Source of the DNA: Scenedesmus sp. PABB004
Taxonomy: Eukaryota
Direction of reading: 5' to 3'
Assembly (NCBI GenBank): GCA_014905635.1
Contig: JABVCE010000005.1
Location: 1,178,001-1,242,000 of the forward strand
Length of the DNA: 64,000 nucleotides
Shown: piece after piece, positions 31,035 to 43,907 of the stretch
How the letters are laid out: the number at the start of each line of letters is the position of its first letter
Numbering within the stretch: position 1 is the stretch's first letter
The notes under the pieces: generated by a model
Told to the model about the DNA's origin: nothing
Databases searched by the model: none
The model's input: the letters and a program-made list of their open reading frames with translations, nothing else
Translations under genes and position numbers: made by a program

Positions 31035-33911
31035 ATGCGCCGGGCGTCAGGAGCCCTGCTGCCGCTACTGCTGCTGCTGGTCGGCCATGCCGGCGGACAC
31101 GGACCGACCAAGCCAGCGTGGCCGGCGGGCCGCGTGCTACTCGGCACGCCAGGTCCGCTGCTGGTGCCGCTGCGCGCTCCGCCCGCCATCACCACCGCCC
31201 CAAACGACCAACCAGCCCGGGCGCGCACACCGCACCACGCAGACGGCTCGACGCTCGCGCCGTCGGCGGCCGCGCTGACGCGGCGCGGCGGGCAGCGCGT
31301 GGCCGTGGCGGTGTCGCGCCCGCGGCGCGCCGCGGCGGCGGGCGACCTCGTCGCGCTCTACCCCGCCGGCGCCGACCCGCGCGCCGTGGTGCCCATCACG
31401 TACGCCAACCTGAGCGCGGCCGACCCGCGCTACGCGTCGACCGGGCGCGGCAGCGTGGCGTTCAGGGTGTACAGCTTCAGGGCCGACCTCGTGTTCGTGC
31501 TCCTCACGGGCGGCACGTTCGCGCCGACCGTCGTCGCGACGTCGGCGCGCCTGCGCGACGCGCTCGCGGCCGCGCCGGCGCAGCTGCACCTCGCGCCCGC
31601 CGCGACGCCCCGGGGCGTGGTCGCGCAGTGGGTCAGCGGCAGCGGCGCGCCGCAGGCGCTGCAGTGGTGGCCCGCGGCCGGCGGCGGCGCCAGCGCTGGC
31701 GGCGACGGCGGCGGCGTCGTGACGGTCGGCTCGAGCGTGCGGCGCTACGGCGCCGACGCGATGTGCGGCGAGCCAGCGAGCAGCTTCGGCGCCAACGTCC
31801 CGGCCCCCTGGCTGCACGCCGCCCTCATCGCCGACGTGCCGCCGGGGGCGACGCTGCGCTACAGGCGCGCCGCGCCGCGCCGCCGCGCCGCCGCGCCGCC
31901 GGGCCGCCGCGGCGGCTGCTGCGCCCGCGCGGCCGGCCCACCGCGTGCGCGCGCGCGCCCGCCGCCGCCGCCAGGGTGGGCTCGGCCAAGGCGGGCTGGA
32001 GCGACGTGCGCGCGTTCACGGCGGCCCCGGCGGCCGCCGACGTCGCGGCTGGGCGCGCGACGTTCACGTTCCTGGCCTTCGCCGATGTGGGCCAGGACAA
32101 CATGGGTGCGGCGCGCGCGCCGGGGCGGGGCGGGGGGCCGGCGGGCGGCGGCCGCCGCCTGCCCAGCTGCGCGCGGGCGTGCCCTGGACGGCGCCGGGCG
32201 CGCAGCCGGCGCTCGCGGGCGTCGCGCGCTCTCGCCCACGGCCCCCGCACACACCGCCGCCGCCGGCGGGCGTCAGTGCTCTTCAACGACACCTGCCCGC
32301 CCTACTGCCCCGGCGGCTGGGCGTGGGAGGGCTACGGCGCCAACTCCAGCAAGCTCGCGCCCCGCCTGGCGGCCGAGGACGCGCAGCTGGGCCTGCTGGT
32401 GGGGGACCTGGCATATGCAAACGGCGTCGCTGCAGAGTGGGATTACTTCGGCCATCAGTTTGACCCCGCGTTCAGCGCCTGGCCGCTCGCCGTCGCGACG
32501 GGGTGCGGCCGTCGCCGCCGCGGGCCCGCCCAGCGCGCGTCGCGCGCACCGCGGCGAGCCCGCCAGCGGGCCCACGCCCCACGCCCGCGCGCGCGCGCGC
32601 GCCCGCGCGCGCCCGCTGCGCAGCAACCACGAGCGCGACTGGCCGGGCACCGGGGACGTCCTGGACGGCATGCCGGTGCGCGACGGCGACAGCGGCGGCG
32701 AGTGCAACGTGCCATACACCTACAGGCGCGCGCGCTGCTGCGCGCCAGCGTCCGGCGAGCGCAACGGCGGCAGGCGCAGCGCCCCCGCTCGCCCACCCAC
32801 CACGCCGCCCCGCCGCCGCTGCCACGCGCCGCGCGGCGCAGGTTCTACACGCCCGCGTGGGAGGAGTCGGCGGGGCCGCACGCGCACCGCGGCGCGGCCG
32901 GCGCGCCGCGCGCTGCCGGCCCGCAGCCGCCCGCGGCGCCGCCCGCGCCGCCGCCGGCGCCGGCGCCGCGGCCCTGGTGGTGGCCGGCCTGGCTCTGGCG
33001 GCCGGCGCCGGCGGCGGCGCCACCGCCCGCCGCCGCCGCGGCGTCCCCGCTGCCGCGCTGGCCCAACCCCTACCGCTCGTACTATGCCTTTGCGCGCGGC
33101 GGCGTGGCCTTCCTCATGCTCGACAGCGAGGCCCCCTCCCACCCGGGCAGCGCGCAGCACGAGTTTGCCAAGCGCGAGCTCGCGGCGGTGCGGGCACGCC
33201 GCCCGCCGCCGCGCACAGCCCGCCTCCCGCACGCGCCGCACGCGCCGCGCACGCGCCGCCTCGACCACGCCCGCCGCCACCACCGCTGCAGGTCAATCGG
33301 CGCGAAACGCCCTGGATCGTGGTCGCGCTGCACCGCTGCATGGTCTGCCCCACGGCCAACCCGGTCAACGTCGCCAACGCGGCGCGGCTGCAGGCGGACT
33401 GGGAGGAGCTCTTCCTGGACGCGGGCGTGGACCTGGTGCTGCAGGTGGGCGGCGGGGGCGGGCTGGGCTGCGCGCGCCGCCCCGTCTGTCGCTGCGCCGG
33501 CCCCCCCGCGCACGCCGGCGGTGCTGATCAGTGCCCTCCGCCTGCCGCCAGGGGCACGACCACGCGTACGCCCGCACCTGCCCCTGGCGCCGCGGCGCCT
33601 GTGTCGGCGGCGCCGCGGCGGCGGCGGCCGCGCCGCCCGCGGCCGGCGGCGGCCTGCCCGTGCTCGCGGCCGGCGCGGCGCCGGTCTACGTGCTGGCCGG
33701 CCACGCGGGCGCGGGCTTCACGCACGCCTTCCCCGACCCGCTGCCGCCCTGGGTCGCGGCGGGGCTCCAGGACCGCAACGGCTACCTGCGCGTGCGCGTG
33801 ACCGGCGACCGCCTCACGCTCGTCACCGTCTCCACCGACGACGGCGCGGTGATGGACGGCGTCACGCTCATCCGCGCGGGCGGCGCGCAGTCGCCACGGC
33901 GGGAGCAGTGA
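31035..33911 (+). CDS. Secreted purple acid phosphatase (nucleotide pyrophosphatase/phosphodiesterase-type)
   Basis: Signal peptide and the PAP metal motifs FADVG, VGDLAYA, G|NHERD, VALHR, Q|GHDHAYARTC; C-terminal VYVLAGHAGA. Confidence 0.9.
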
Positions 33912-34144
33912 CGCGCCCGCTGGCGCACTCTGGCGCTGGGTGGGTCGGGGCCCCTGTGACCAGCTCACACCTGCTTTACAGCCGCCGTCGCCGCCGCCGC
34001 GACTGCGCCGCCGCGCCGCCCCCTCCTGCCGGCCGCGCGTGCGCTTATTCGGGCGAGAGCCGCCGCCCGCCCGCGCTAGAGTACAGGGCACATGCGTGCG
34101 TGCCAGATCGTACAGCCGCGAGGGGCCCGCCCGAGGGGCGGCGG

Positions 34145-35229
34145 TCAGGCCGCGCCCGGCGGCGCGGGGGCCATGAGCATCGTGCCGCCGAGCGCGCTGC
34201 GCGCGCACGCGAGGCGCGGCGTCGCCGCGAAGAAATTGAGGCTGTTGCGCAGCCGGAACGGCAGCGTCACCAGCGCCCGCCCCGACCGCCGCGCGTCGAC
34301 GCGCAGCGAGGTGACCGCGTAGCGCAGCTCGGTCGCGCTGCGCCACTCGGCGGTGCCCAGGAAGTGCGTGGTCAGCGGGCCGAGGTGCGTGATGACGTCG
34401 ATGTCGCCCTCGGGGAACGCACGCGTGCGGCTCGCGCGCAGCTCCGCGCCGTCGAAGCTGACGCTGATGGCCGTCGCGTCGGGCAGCGCGCGGGAGAGGT
34501 CAAAATACTCGGGCACTGCGGCGCGGCGCGGCGCGGCGCGGCGCGGCGGGCGCGGCGGCGTCGGGCGGCGGCGTGGGGTGCGGCGCGGCGCGGCGCGGCG
34601 CGGCGCGCCGGGCGCGGCGGCGTCGGGCGGGGCTGCGCGCCGGCGCGCGCGCACCTGGGATGTAGAGCAAGCGCGGCCAGCCGCCCGACGAAGCGAAGAT
34701 CGGCTGCGAGCGGCAGCGGCGGCGGGGCGCGCGCTGATCCGGGGCGGCGCGCCCGAGGCTGCGGGGCGCAGCCCCCCCCCCCCTCCCCGGCCCTCCCCGG
34801 GCGCGGCAAGCTCCGGCTGCTCGCCTGCCAGACCTCCACGTCCTGCGGCGCGGCGGCGCCCGGCAGCGCGCCGCCGGCGGCCGCGAGCGCCTCAGCCAGC
34901 AGGACGGCGCCCTCCAGCACGGCCAGGTCCCGCGCCTCGCGCGAGACGCCGCTCTCGAGCAGGTCGTGCAGCGCGCGCGTCGCCGCGGGGTCGGCCGCCA
35001 GCGCGCGCGCGGCCGCGGCGGCGCCGCCGCCGGGCAGGCCCAGCGCCTCGGCCGCCGCGGCGAGCGAACGCTGCTCGTTGCGCGTCAGCGCGCCGGCGCC
35101 CGGCGCCGCTGCTGCCGCTGCCGCCGGCGGGGCGGCGCGCGCTGCGGTCCGTGGCGCCGCGCCACGGGACGATCGGGAGTCCCGCGTTCGCGGGGAGCCC
35201 GGGCCGCAGCGGCGCGCCAGCGCGAGCAT
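34145..35229 (-). CDS. Hypothetical plastid-targeted protein, possibly fibrillin/lipocalin-like
   Basis: R/A/S-rich N-terminus and a beta-rich C-terminal exon (VPEYFDL...IDVITHLGPLTTHFLGTAEW...LACARSALGGTMLM). Middle exon boundaries and family are uncertain. Confidence 0.55.
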
Positions 35230-35441
35230 GCTGGCAGCTGCGACGCGGAGCAGCGAGTGACCTGCGACCGGTGCGTTGCGGCAGCGACGGCGGCGGCGTG
35301 GTGTGCGGCGGCGTGCGTGTGCGGCGCTGGCGTGCGGGCGTGGAAGCCGGGCTCCCCGCCGCAGGCTTGCGCCCCGAACCGCCGCAACCGCTGCTGCTGC
35401 TTGCGCCGCGCTGCGCGCAGAACTGCCCCAGTCTCGCCGTC

Positions 35442-38400
35442 ATGCTCCGCCGCCTCACCTCTGCCGCGCACCTCCGACCGCGCGCCGGCACGCCGATCGG
35501 CAGCGCGCTGCGCCGCGGCCGCGCAGCAGCAGCAGCGACGATGGCGCCGGCGCCCGCCGCCCCGCTCGCCGGCCCCGCGGACGTCACGGCGTTCATCGAG
35601 GATGTAAATCAGGCGTATGAGAAGGTGTGGCGGCATCGGCGGTGGCAGCAGCGCGGCGCTGGACCCACCGCCGCGCCGCTGGACCCACCGCCGCGCCGCT
35701 GCGCACAGGTGCACCGCGCGTACGAGGCCAACTTCTGGAGCACCAAGATGGCCCTGCGGGGCTGCTCCGCCGAGGCGCTGGCGGCGAGCAAGAACGAGTA
35801 CGACGCCTTCCTGGCCGACCCGGCGCGCCTCGCGGCGGTCAAGCAGCACCTCGACGTGCGCGGCGCGGCCGGGCCTCGCGGCGGCGCGGCGGGGGGGGGG
35901 GGGGGGGGGGGCAGGCCCGGCGCGCGCGCACGCGCACACGCTCACGCAGCGCCCGCGCCCGCGCCGCCGCCCGCAGCGCACGGACCTGTCGGAGGAGCAG
36001 GCGGGCGTGCTCAAGGCGCGGGCCGCGCGGCCGCCCCGCCGCGGCCCGGCACGCCGCGACCGGCGCCACAACGGCCGCCACCGCTCCACGCCGCCGCTGC
36101 GGCGCAGATCATGGCGCGCACGTTTGGTGTGTATGTGACCGAAGACCCCGCGGTGGTGGCGCTCAAGGAGAAGCTCAACGCCGCCGAGGCCAAGCTCCAG
36201 GCTGCGCGGAACGCGATGCAGATGGGCTACACGCCCGCCGGCGGTGCGCGCCGCGCGCACGCGCGCCTGCCGGCGCGCGGCGGGCGCCGCCACCGCCGCG
36301 CGGCGGCGCGGCTGCCGGCGCGCGGCGCCGCGGCCGAGCGCGCCGCGCCGCGGCGCGCCGGCCGCGCGCAGGCGCGTGGACGCCCGCCAGCAGCACGCAG
36401 CTGCGCACGCTGCTGCGCGTCGCCGAGGAGGAGGGCACGCGGCGGAGCGTGTTTGAGGGCCTGCGCGCGGTGGGGCCGTTTGTGGCGGCGCAGGGGTTTT
36501 GCGAGATCGTCAAGAACCGCAACCGCCTCGCCCGCCGCGTGGGTTTCGAGGACTACTACGACCTGAAGGTGCGCCCGTGTGTGTGCTTGTGTGTGTGTTG
36601 CTGGGCGGCGGCGCCGCGGCCGAGGGCTGGCTGTGGCCTCGGACGGCGCGGAGGGGCCGACGGCGCGCGCGCGCCCCGCCCCGCGCCGCGCCGCGCCGCG
36701 CAGGTCACGGCGGCGGAGGGCTTTGGCAAGGCGCGGCTGTTTGAGATGCTGGACGACCTCGAGGCCCAGACGCGGCCGCTCATGGAGGCGGCGCGCGCGC
36801 GCCTGGCGCGCGAGAAGGGCGACGCCGCGCTCGAGCCGCACAACATCAGCCAGGCGCTTGCGGGTGCGCCGGCGCGGGGGCGCGCGGCGCCGCCGCCGGC
36901 GCGAGCGCGCCGGCCCCCGCCTGAGCGCCTCGCCGGCGTCGGCGCGCAGGCGACACCACCAAGGCCACCGACCCCTACTTCCCTTTTGAGGACGCGGTCA
37001 GTCCACACCGCACTGCGGCCGCGGCGGCGACGGGCAGACGCCCGCGTGGGCCTCCCGCAGGGCAGGCCCCGCACCGCCTGCGCCGACGCCCCGCCCGCGC
37101 CGACGCCAGCCGCGCCGCGCCGCGCCGTGCGCCGCCGCCGCCGCAGGTCGACGTGTGGGCGCGCACCTTTGCCGGGCTGGGCATCGACTACCAGGGCAGC
37201 GAGATGATGTGAGGCGCCGCGCCGCGCCGCGCCGCAAAGGGCCCGCGCCGTGCCGGCCGCGCCGACCGTCCCGCCGCGCGCCAACGCGCGCGCCCCCGCC
37301 GCCGCCGCCGGCGCCGCAGCCTGGACCTGTGTGACCGGCCGAGCAAATACCCCAATGGCTTCTGCGCCTGGCCGCAGCCGGCGTGGCGCCGCGCTGACGG
37401 GAGCTGGGTGCCCTCGGTCGCCAACTTCACCTCCCTCGCCACGCCGGACCAGCTCGGGAGCGGCAAGACGGCGCTCGAGACGCTGCTGCACGAGGGAGGG
37501 CACGCCGCGCACTTCGCCAACGTTCAACAGCGCAGCCCCTTCTTCAGCCAGGTGCTGCGCGCCGCCACCAACACCGCCTCCCGCGCCCGCGCCCGCCGCC
37601 GCGCGGCGCGCAGCCTCGCCGCGGGCTGCACCGCGGGCTGCGCCACTGCTGCGCCGCGGGCGCGCCACGCGCGTACCACACACGCCGCCGCCGCCGCCGC
37701 CGCCGCCGCCGCGCAGGAGCGCGCGCCGACGTCGGTCGCGTACGCCGAGAATCAGTCGATGTTCCTCGACAGCCTCGCCGGCGACGCGGCGTGGCTGGGG
37801 CGCTTCGCGGTGTCGCGCGAGGGCGGCGTGATGCCGTGGGGCGTGGTCGAGGCGATGCACCGCGACAGCCACCCCTACGCGGTCTTCATGGTGCGGCTCA
37901 GGGTTAAGGGTTTAGGGTTTAGAAGGGCGGTGGCCGGGTTCAGGGTGCCTGATGGTGACCTGGGGCGCGCGGGTCAGCGTGGGCGTGCGGGCGTGTGGGC
38001 GTGTGGGCGTGCCGCCCGCGCTGCGCCGCTGTGCGCCTGCGCACGCCTGCGCGGCGCGCCGCCGCGCGCCCACGCCGCCCCGCTGCCGCCCCCGCCCCCG
38101 CCTCGCCCTGCACGTGGCGCCCAGGTGCGCGCCATGCTGGCGGTGCCCTACTTTGAGAAGGCGCTGTACGAGCTGCCCGAGGAGGGCGTCACGCCCGAGG
38201 CCCTCCAGGCGCTCGCCGATGAGATTGAGGTCAAGGTGCAGGTGAGCCAGCCCCCCGGGCGGCCGTGGTGCCCAGAGAGGACCGGCCGCGCGGCGAGCCG
38301 GGGACCGCGCAGCTGAGGGCCGCCGGCCGCGGGCGGCGGGCCGGGGACCGCGCGCCGCGCGCGCGTGCGCGCCTGGCGGCCGGCCGCGACCTGCCGCGCC

Positions 38401-39328
38401 GCGCCGCGCCGCGCCGCGCGCAGGGCGGGCTCGCGTCGCGGCCGCTGCTGAGCGTGCCGCACATCCTGTCGGACGAGAGCAGCGCCTACTACCATGGCTA
38501 CGTGCTCGCAGAGATGGCGGTGCACCAGGTGCGGCGCACCTCACCTCGCCCGCGGCGGCAGCCCCTGAGAGAGAGGCCCCCGCGGCGCGCGCGGCCGGCC
38601 TCGGGCGATGGGCCCGCGGGTGCCGGGGCCGCCGCGCGCCCCACGCGCCGCGCGCCCACGCGCCGCCGCCTCTGCCGCCGCGCCAGACGCGGGCACACTT
38701 CCTTGGCAAGTACGGCGCGATCGTGGACAACCCCCAGGCGTGGAGCGGGGGCATGGACAGGGGCGGGGGCGGGGTGTCCTGGGCGGGCGTGCTGGCAGGG
38801 CGGGCGTGCCGCGCCCGCGGCGAACCGCCCGCCGCTGCCGCGCCGCGCGCCGCAGGTCGGCGCCGACCTGGCGGCGTGCTACTGGCGGCCTGGCAACGGC
38901 GCGGCGTTCCTGGACCTGGTCGCGGGGCTCACCGGGCGCCCGCTCGGCTCCGCGGCGTGGGTGGCGCGGCTGCAGATGCCGATCGAGGAGCTGCTGGCCA
39001 AGGAGCGGGAGGACTACGACGCCGCGGTCAAGGCGGGGCCCAGGCGCGCGCGGCGGCGGGGCTGGCCTGGGCAGCGCGCGGCGCCGGCGACGCGCCGCGC
39101 CGCCGGGGGGCTGCGGCCGGACCAGACCGCCGCGCCGCCGCCGCGCCCCGCAGGTTCAAGCCCGGCAGCGAGGCCGACATCAACATGCGCGTGCGTCTCG
39201 TGGACGGCGATGAGGTGATCGCCGACAGCGCCGACGGCGGGCTCCTCGCGGCGACCGCGGCGTTCAAGGCCTGGGTGCGCGAGCGCTTCTTCGGCGGCGC
39301 CGGCGCCACTGCGCAGGCGGCGGCGTGA
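35442..39328 (+). CDS. M3-family zinc oligopeptidase with N-terminal transit peptide (about 14 exons)
   Basis: RNRLARRVGFEDYYD, LDLCDRPSKYPNGFC, TLLHEGGHAAH (HExxH), AYAENQSMFLD, HILSDESSAYYHGYVLAEM. Confidence 0.9.
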
Positions 39329-39673
39329 GCCGCGGCGGTGCTGGCGCGGCGGTGAGGTGGGAGCGGCGGCGCCGCCGGCGGTGAGGAGTTGGCGGCGTCG
39401 AGCGGGGGCGGCGTTGAGCGGGGGCGGCCGCGGGGGCGGGCAACCGCCGCGCTTCAGCGCCGGGGCGCCCTGCGCCGGCGCGCCGCCGCCGGCGCCCTCG
39501 TCTTTCGCCCCGGTCAGACAGTGTGCTAAGCCCGCGCCCGGGCTGAACGGCGACCAGTCGGCCGCGCACCTCTCCCGAGTGCAGCTGCGTGCAGCGCGCC
39601 CGGTGCCATGCGCGCCCCCCGCCGGCCTCCTCGCGACGCGTGAGACGCTCAGCAGCACGTCGCGAGGCCCGCC

Positions 39674-42600
39674 ATGGCGCGGCGCGCCGCGGCGTGGGCG
39701 CTGTTGCTCGCGGCAGCAGCGGCGGCGCGCGGCGCCTCCCTGGAGTTTGAGGTGCGCCGTCCGGGCGGTCCCGCGGCCCGGGCGCTGGAGCGTCCCAGGC
39801 GGCGCCGGCGGCGTGGCGGCGTCGCCCGCGGCGGCGGCGGTGGCGGGCAGCAGCGCTGCGCGGCGCCGCGCAACCACCGCCGCCGCCGGGCGCCGCTGCC
39901 GCGCCAGATCACGGTGCCGCCGGACGTGGTGGTCAAGGGGCAGGACAGCTACATCTGCACGACGCTGCAGCTGCCGGACAAGCCGTACAAGGTCGTCGGC
40001 GTGGAGCCGCTCGCGGAGCAGGCGGTGGTGCACCACATCCTGCTGTTCGGTGCGCGCGCCGCCGCGGCGCGGCCCCTGGCCGGCGAGCGCGCCACAGCAT
40101 ACTTCAGCACGCGCTGCTGCCGCGGCGCCCGCGGCGCCCGCGGCGGGCCGACCTCGCGCGTTTGCCCGCCGCCGCCGCCGCCGCCGCCAGGCTGCGACGT
40201 GCCGCACGTCAGGCCCAAGCCGGGGCAGCAGTCCACGTGGGACTGCAAGATGGCGCCCACGTGCGGCGGCTTCCAGGAGACCATCATGCGAGTAGCCCCG
40301 CGCCACGCGCAGCGGCGGCGCGTGGGGCCGGGGCCGGGCCGCTGCCGCCGCGCCGTGCCGCGCCGCGCCGAGCGCCGGCCCCGCTGCCGCCGCGCAGGTA
40401 CGGCTGGGGCCGCAACGCGCCGCGCCTCGACCTCCCGCGCGGCGTGGGCTTCAGCGTCGGCAAGGGCAGCGCGGTGGCGTGGGTCGTGGCGCAGGTGCGC
40501 GCCGCGCGGCGCGCGCGGGGGCGTCGCCATGGCCGCCCCGCGCGGCGCGGGGCGGCGGCCGGCCGCCGCGGGCGCCGTTTCACGCGTCGCCGCGAGCGTC
40601 GCGCCCCACGCCGTGCGCCGCGCCGCGCCGCAGGTGCACTACCTGGCCGAGCGGCCGGCGGGGGACCGCTCAGGCGTCAAGCTTATGTGCGCCGGCGGCG
40701 CCGCCGCCGCGCGCCGCGCTGCGCCGCGCGCACGACGCCGCGGCCCCGCGCCCGCACACGACGCCGCGGCCCCCGCGCCCGCGCCCACGGCCGGGCCGCA
40801 CCGCCGTCGCGCGCGCGCAGCCTGCAGGACACGCCCGTGCCGTTCAGCGCGGGGCTGCTCTCGTATGCGAGCTGGTTCAGCATCCCGCCGCGCAAGCCGC
40901 ACTTCCTGGTGCAAAACTCCTGCTGCTACAGGGGCTTCCAGCCGCTCACGAGCTTCGCTGTGCGCGTGCACACGCACACGATGGGCCGCGCGGTCTTCAT
41001 GACCCGCCTGCCGCCCACCAAGGACGGTGAGCGCGCCGCGCGCCGCCGCGCCGCCGTGCTGCCGTGCCGCGCCGAGGCCGCGGCTGCTTGTTCTGAGCCG
41101 GCGCCGCCGCCGCTGTGCCGTGGTCAGGGCACGGGCACGTCGTCGCGTCGGGCGACCCGCAGCAGCCGCAGGGGTTCAACCCCGTCCAGCCCCAGGTCAT
41201 CTGGCCAGGTGCGGCCCGCGCACCGCGCCGCTGCACGTCGGACCAGCCCCTGCGCGGCCGGCGGGCGCGGCGCGGCGACCGGCTGACCGTCGCGCTTTTT
41301 GCACCGTCGCGCCGCGCCGCAGGTGACCGGCTGACGGTCGCGTGCGACTTCGACTCGAGCGACAAGACCGTCGCCGTCGGCGCGGGGCCGACGCACGAGC
41401 ACGAAATGTGCAACATGTGAGCCGCCCGGGGCCAGCGGGAGGGGGAGGGGAGGCACGCGCGCGGCGAGCCGCCCGCCGCAGCGCGCCGCCGCCTCGCCCC
41501 GCCGCCGGCCCCGCCTCCGCGCCCACACTCTCGCCACTGCCACGGCCACCGCCACCGCCCTAAAATGTGCCTGGCAGGTACCTCATGGTCTACTCCCCGC
41601 TGCCCCACATCGAGATGTGCAGCGACGGCTCCTCCATGGTCGACGAGCGCAGCCCGGGCAACATGCCCCGCGCCGCCGCGCTGCTGCCCGACCCGTTCCC
41701 CCTCTGGCGCCCGCCGAAGCCCGCGGACAAGCTCAACGGGGTGCGAGCGCGGCGCGGCGGCGGGCGCGCGGCGGCTGGTGCGCTGCCGTTCGGCAGCGGG
41801 CGCTCGGCGGCGGGCGCTCGGCGGTGAGGGGGTCACCGCCCCCCTTCGCGCCGACCCGCGCAGAGCGCGACCGTGCTGGGCAACGTCGCGTCGGTCGCGG
41901 TCGGGCCCGACGGCACGCTTTGGGCGCTGCACCGCGGCGGGCGCGTGTGGGGTGCCGACACGTTCGACGCGCAGGAGCGCATGCGCGACCCCACGCCCAT
42001 CGGCGGCGACGTGGTGGTGCAGATGCACGCCGACACGGGTGCGCCGCCGCGCCGCGCCGCCGGCCCGCCCGCAGCGGCGGCGCGCCGCGCCGCTGCGCGC
42101 CGCGCCGCACGCGCTCACCGCCCGCGACTGCCGGCCGCCTGCGCGCGCGCGGTGCGACCCTCCCTGCGTGCGTGTGCAGGCAAGGTGCTGCGGCGCTGGG
42201 GCGCCGGTCAGTTCCTGATGCCCCACATGATCAGCGTTGACCGCAACAACAGCGTGTGGGTCACCGACGTGGGGCGGCACCAGGTGCTCAAGTTCAGCGC
42301 GAGCGGGCAGCTCCTGCTCGCGGTCGGCAAGCGCGGCCAGCCCGGCAGCGGCAAGGTCACGCTCTGCAAGCCGACGCAGGTGCGCCGCGGCCACGCGGCG
42401 CCCGCTGCCGCGCGGCGCCCGCAGCGCTGCCCGCGCGGCGCCCGCCGCGCCCGCCGCCGCCACCGCGTTGACCGCCGCGCGCACCGCGTCGGCCGCCACT
42501 GCGCCGCGCGCCCCTCGCTCACCTAAACCCTGCCAGGTCGCGTTCCTGAACGACGGCTCCTTCCTCGTCTCGGACGGCTACTGCAACAGCCGCGTCGTGC

Positions 42601-43907
42601 GCTTCGCCGGCGACGGGCGGTACGTGGCGCACTACGCGCTGCCGGCCGGCGGGACCATGGGCGTCGCGCACAGCGTCGTCGTGGACGAGTGCGACGGCGA
42701 GCTCGTCGTCGCGGACCGCGAGGGCGCCAAGGCGCACCGCTTCGACCTGGACACCCGCGAGCTCATCGGTGCGGCGGCGGCGCGGCGCGGGGGCCTGGCA
42801 GTGAGGCGGGGCAGTGCTCTGCCGCGCCGCGCTGGTCGCCGGCGCCGCGCGCGCCCAGCCCGCCCGCCCGCCCGCCCGGCGCGCCGCGCGCCCGGCGCGC
42901 CCGCAGCGACGGTGGACCTGTCGGCGCGCGGCAAGGTGTGGGCGCTCGCCAAGGGCCCGTACGGGCGCACGATCGCGCTCACGTGGACGCAGGGCCGCGA
43001 CGCGGCGCTCGTCGACGTCGGCGCGCCCGCGTTTGCGTGGGCGCTGCCCAACTCGACCGACGCGTGGCCGCACGACTTTGCGCTCGGGCCCGCGCCGCTG
43101 CCGCTCACGGGCGCGGGCGACCGCCTGCTCGCCGTCTTTGTCGCGCCGCTGTGCGCGGCGTGCGGGGCGGTGCAAAAGTACGTGCTCATGCCGGCCGCGT
43201 TTGGCGCGCCCGACGCGGGCGCGCCGCCGCCGGTCGTGGTGCCGCCGGGCGCGCGGCCGGTGCTCTCGCACCTGCACGCCGGAGCGGGCGCCGCCGCGCA
43301 CGCGGGCCACGCCGCCGGCGCCGGCGGCGACGACGCCGCGGAGGAGGCGCACGACGCGGACGCCGACGCCGACGCGGCGGACGAGGCGGCGGTGGAGGCG
43401 GAGGAGGAGGCGGAGGACGAGGCCGAGGCGGAGCAGATGGCCGACCCCGCGACCGTGGAGCGCCTGCAGGCGCAGCTCACCGTGCTGCAGGCGCAGCTGC
43501 GCGCCGCGCGCGGCGGCGGCGGCGCCGGCGCGGACGGCGACGGCGACACGCAGGAGTTCAAGACCGTGCGCGCGGGCGCGCCGGCGCGCGCCGGCGGGCG
43601 CGCGGGCGGCGTCGCGGCGGTCGTCGCCGTGAGCGCAGTCGTGGGCGTCGCGGTCGGCGGCCTCGCGGTGCACCTGCTCTCGCGCGCCGCGCTGTCGCGC
43701 CGCGGCGGCTACGCGCCGCCGCCCGGCGCCGGCGCCGGCGGCGGCCGCGGCGGCGGCGTCGCCAACGGGCGGGCGGAGCAGCAGAGCATCGACGCGCTGC
43801 TGCGCGCGGGCGTGGAGGACGACGACGACGCCGCGATCGCGCGCGAGCGCGACCGCCTGCTCGCGGGCGGCGGGCTGCCGCAGCTGCGCAGCGGCCCGGC
43901 GCTCTGA
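39674..43907 (+). CDS. PAM: Bifunctional peptidylglycine alpha-amidating monooxygenase (PHM + PAL), type I membrane protein, about 13 exons
   Basis: Signal peptide; PHM copper ligands VHHILLF, Q|VHY, RVHTHTMG, EMCNM|Y, plus DPQQPQGF; PAL/NHL motifs FLMPHMISVD, WVTDVGRHQV, CKPTQ|V, SDGYCNSRVV, HS..VADRE, PHD; TM near the C-terminus. Confidence 0.95.

Noticed and set aside
37205..37215. In-frame TGA after EMM in the M3 gene (and similar at 11837, 41418, 54220) as further Sec codons
   Set aside because: Each TGA is part of a GTGAG splice donor; splicing restores the frame.
35442..43907. M3 peptidase plus PAM as a peptide-processing gene cluster
   Set aside because: Predicted compartments differ (organelle/cytosol versus secretory pathway), and adjacency alone is expected in a dense genome.
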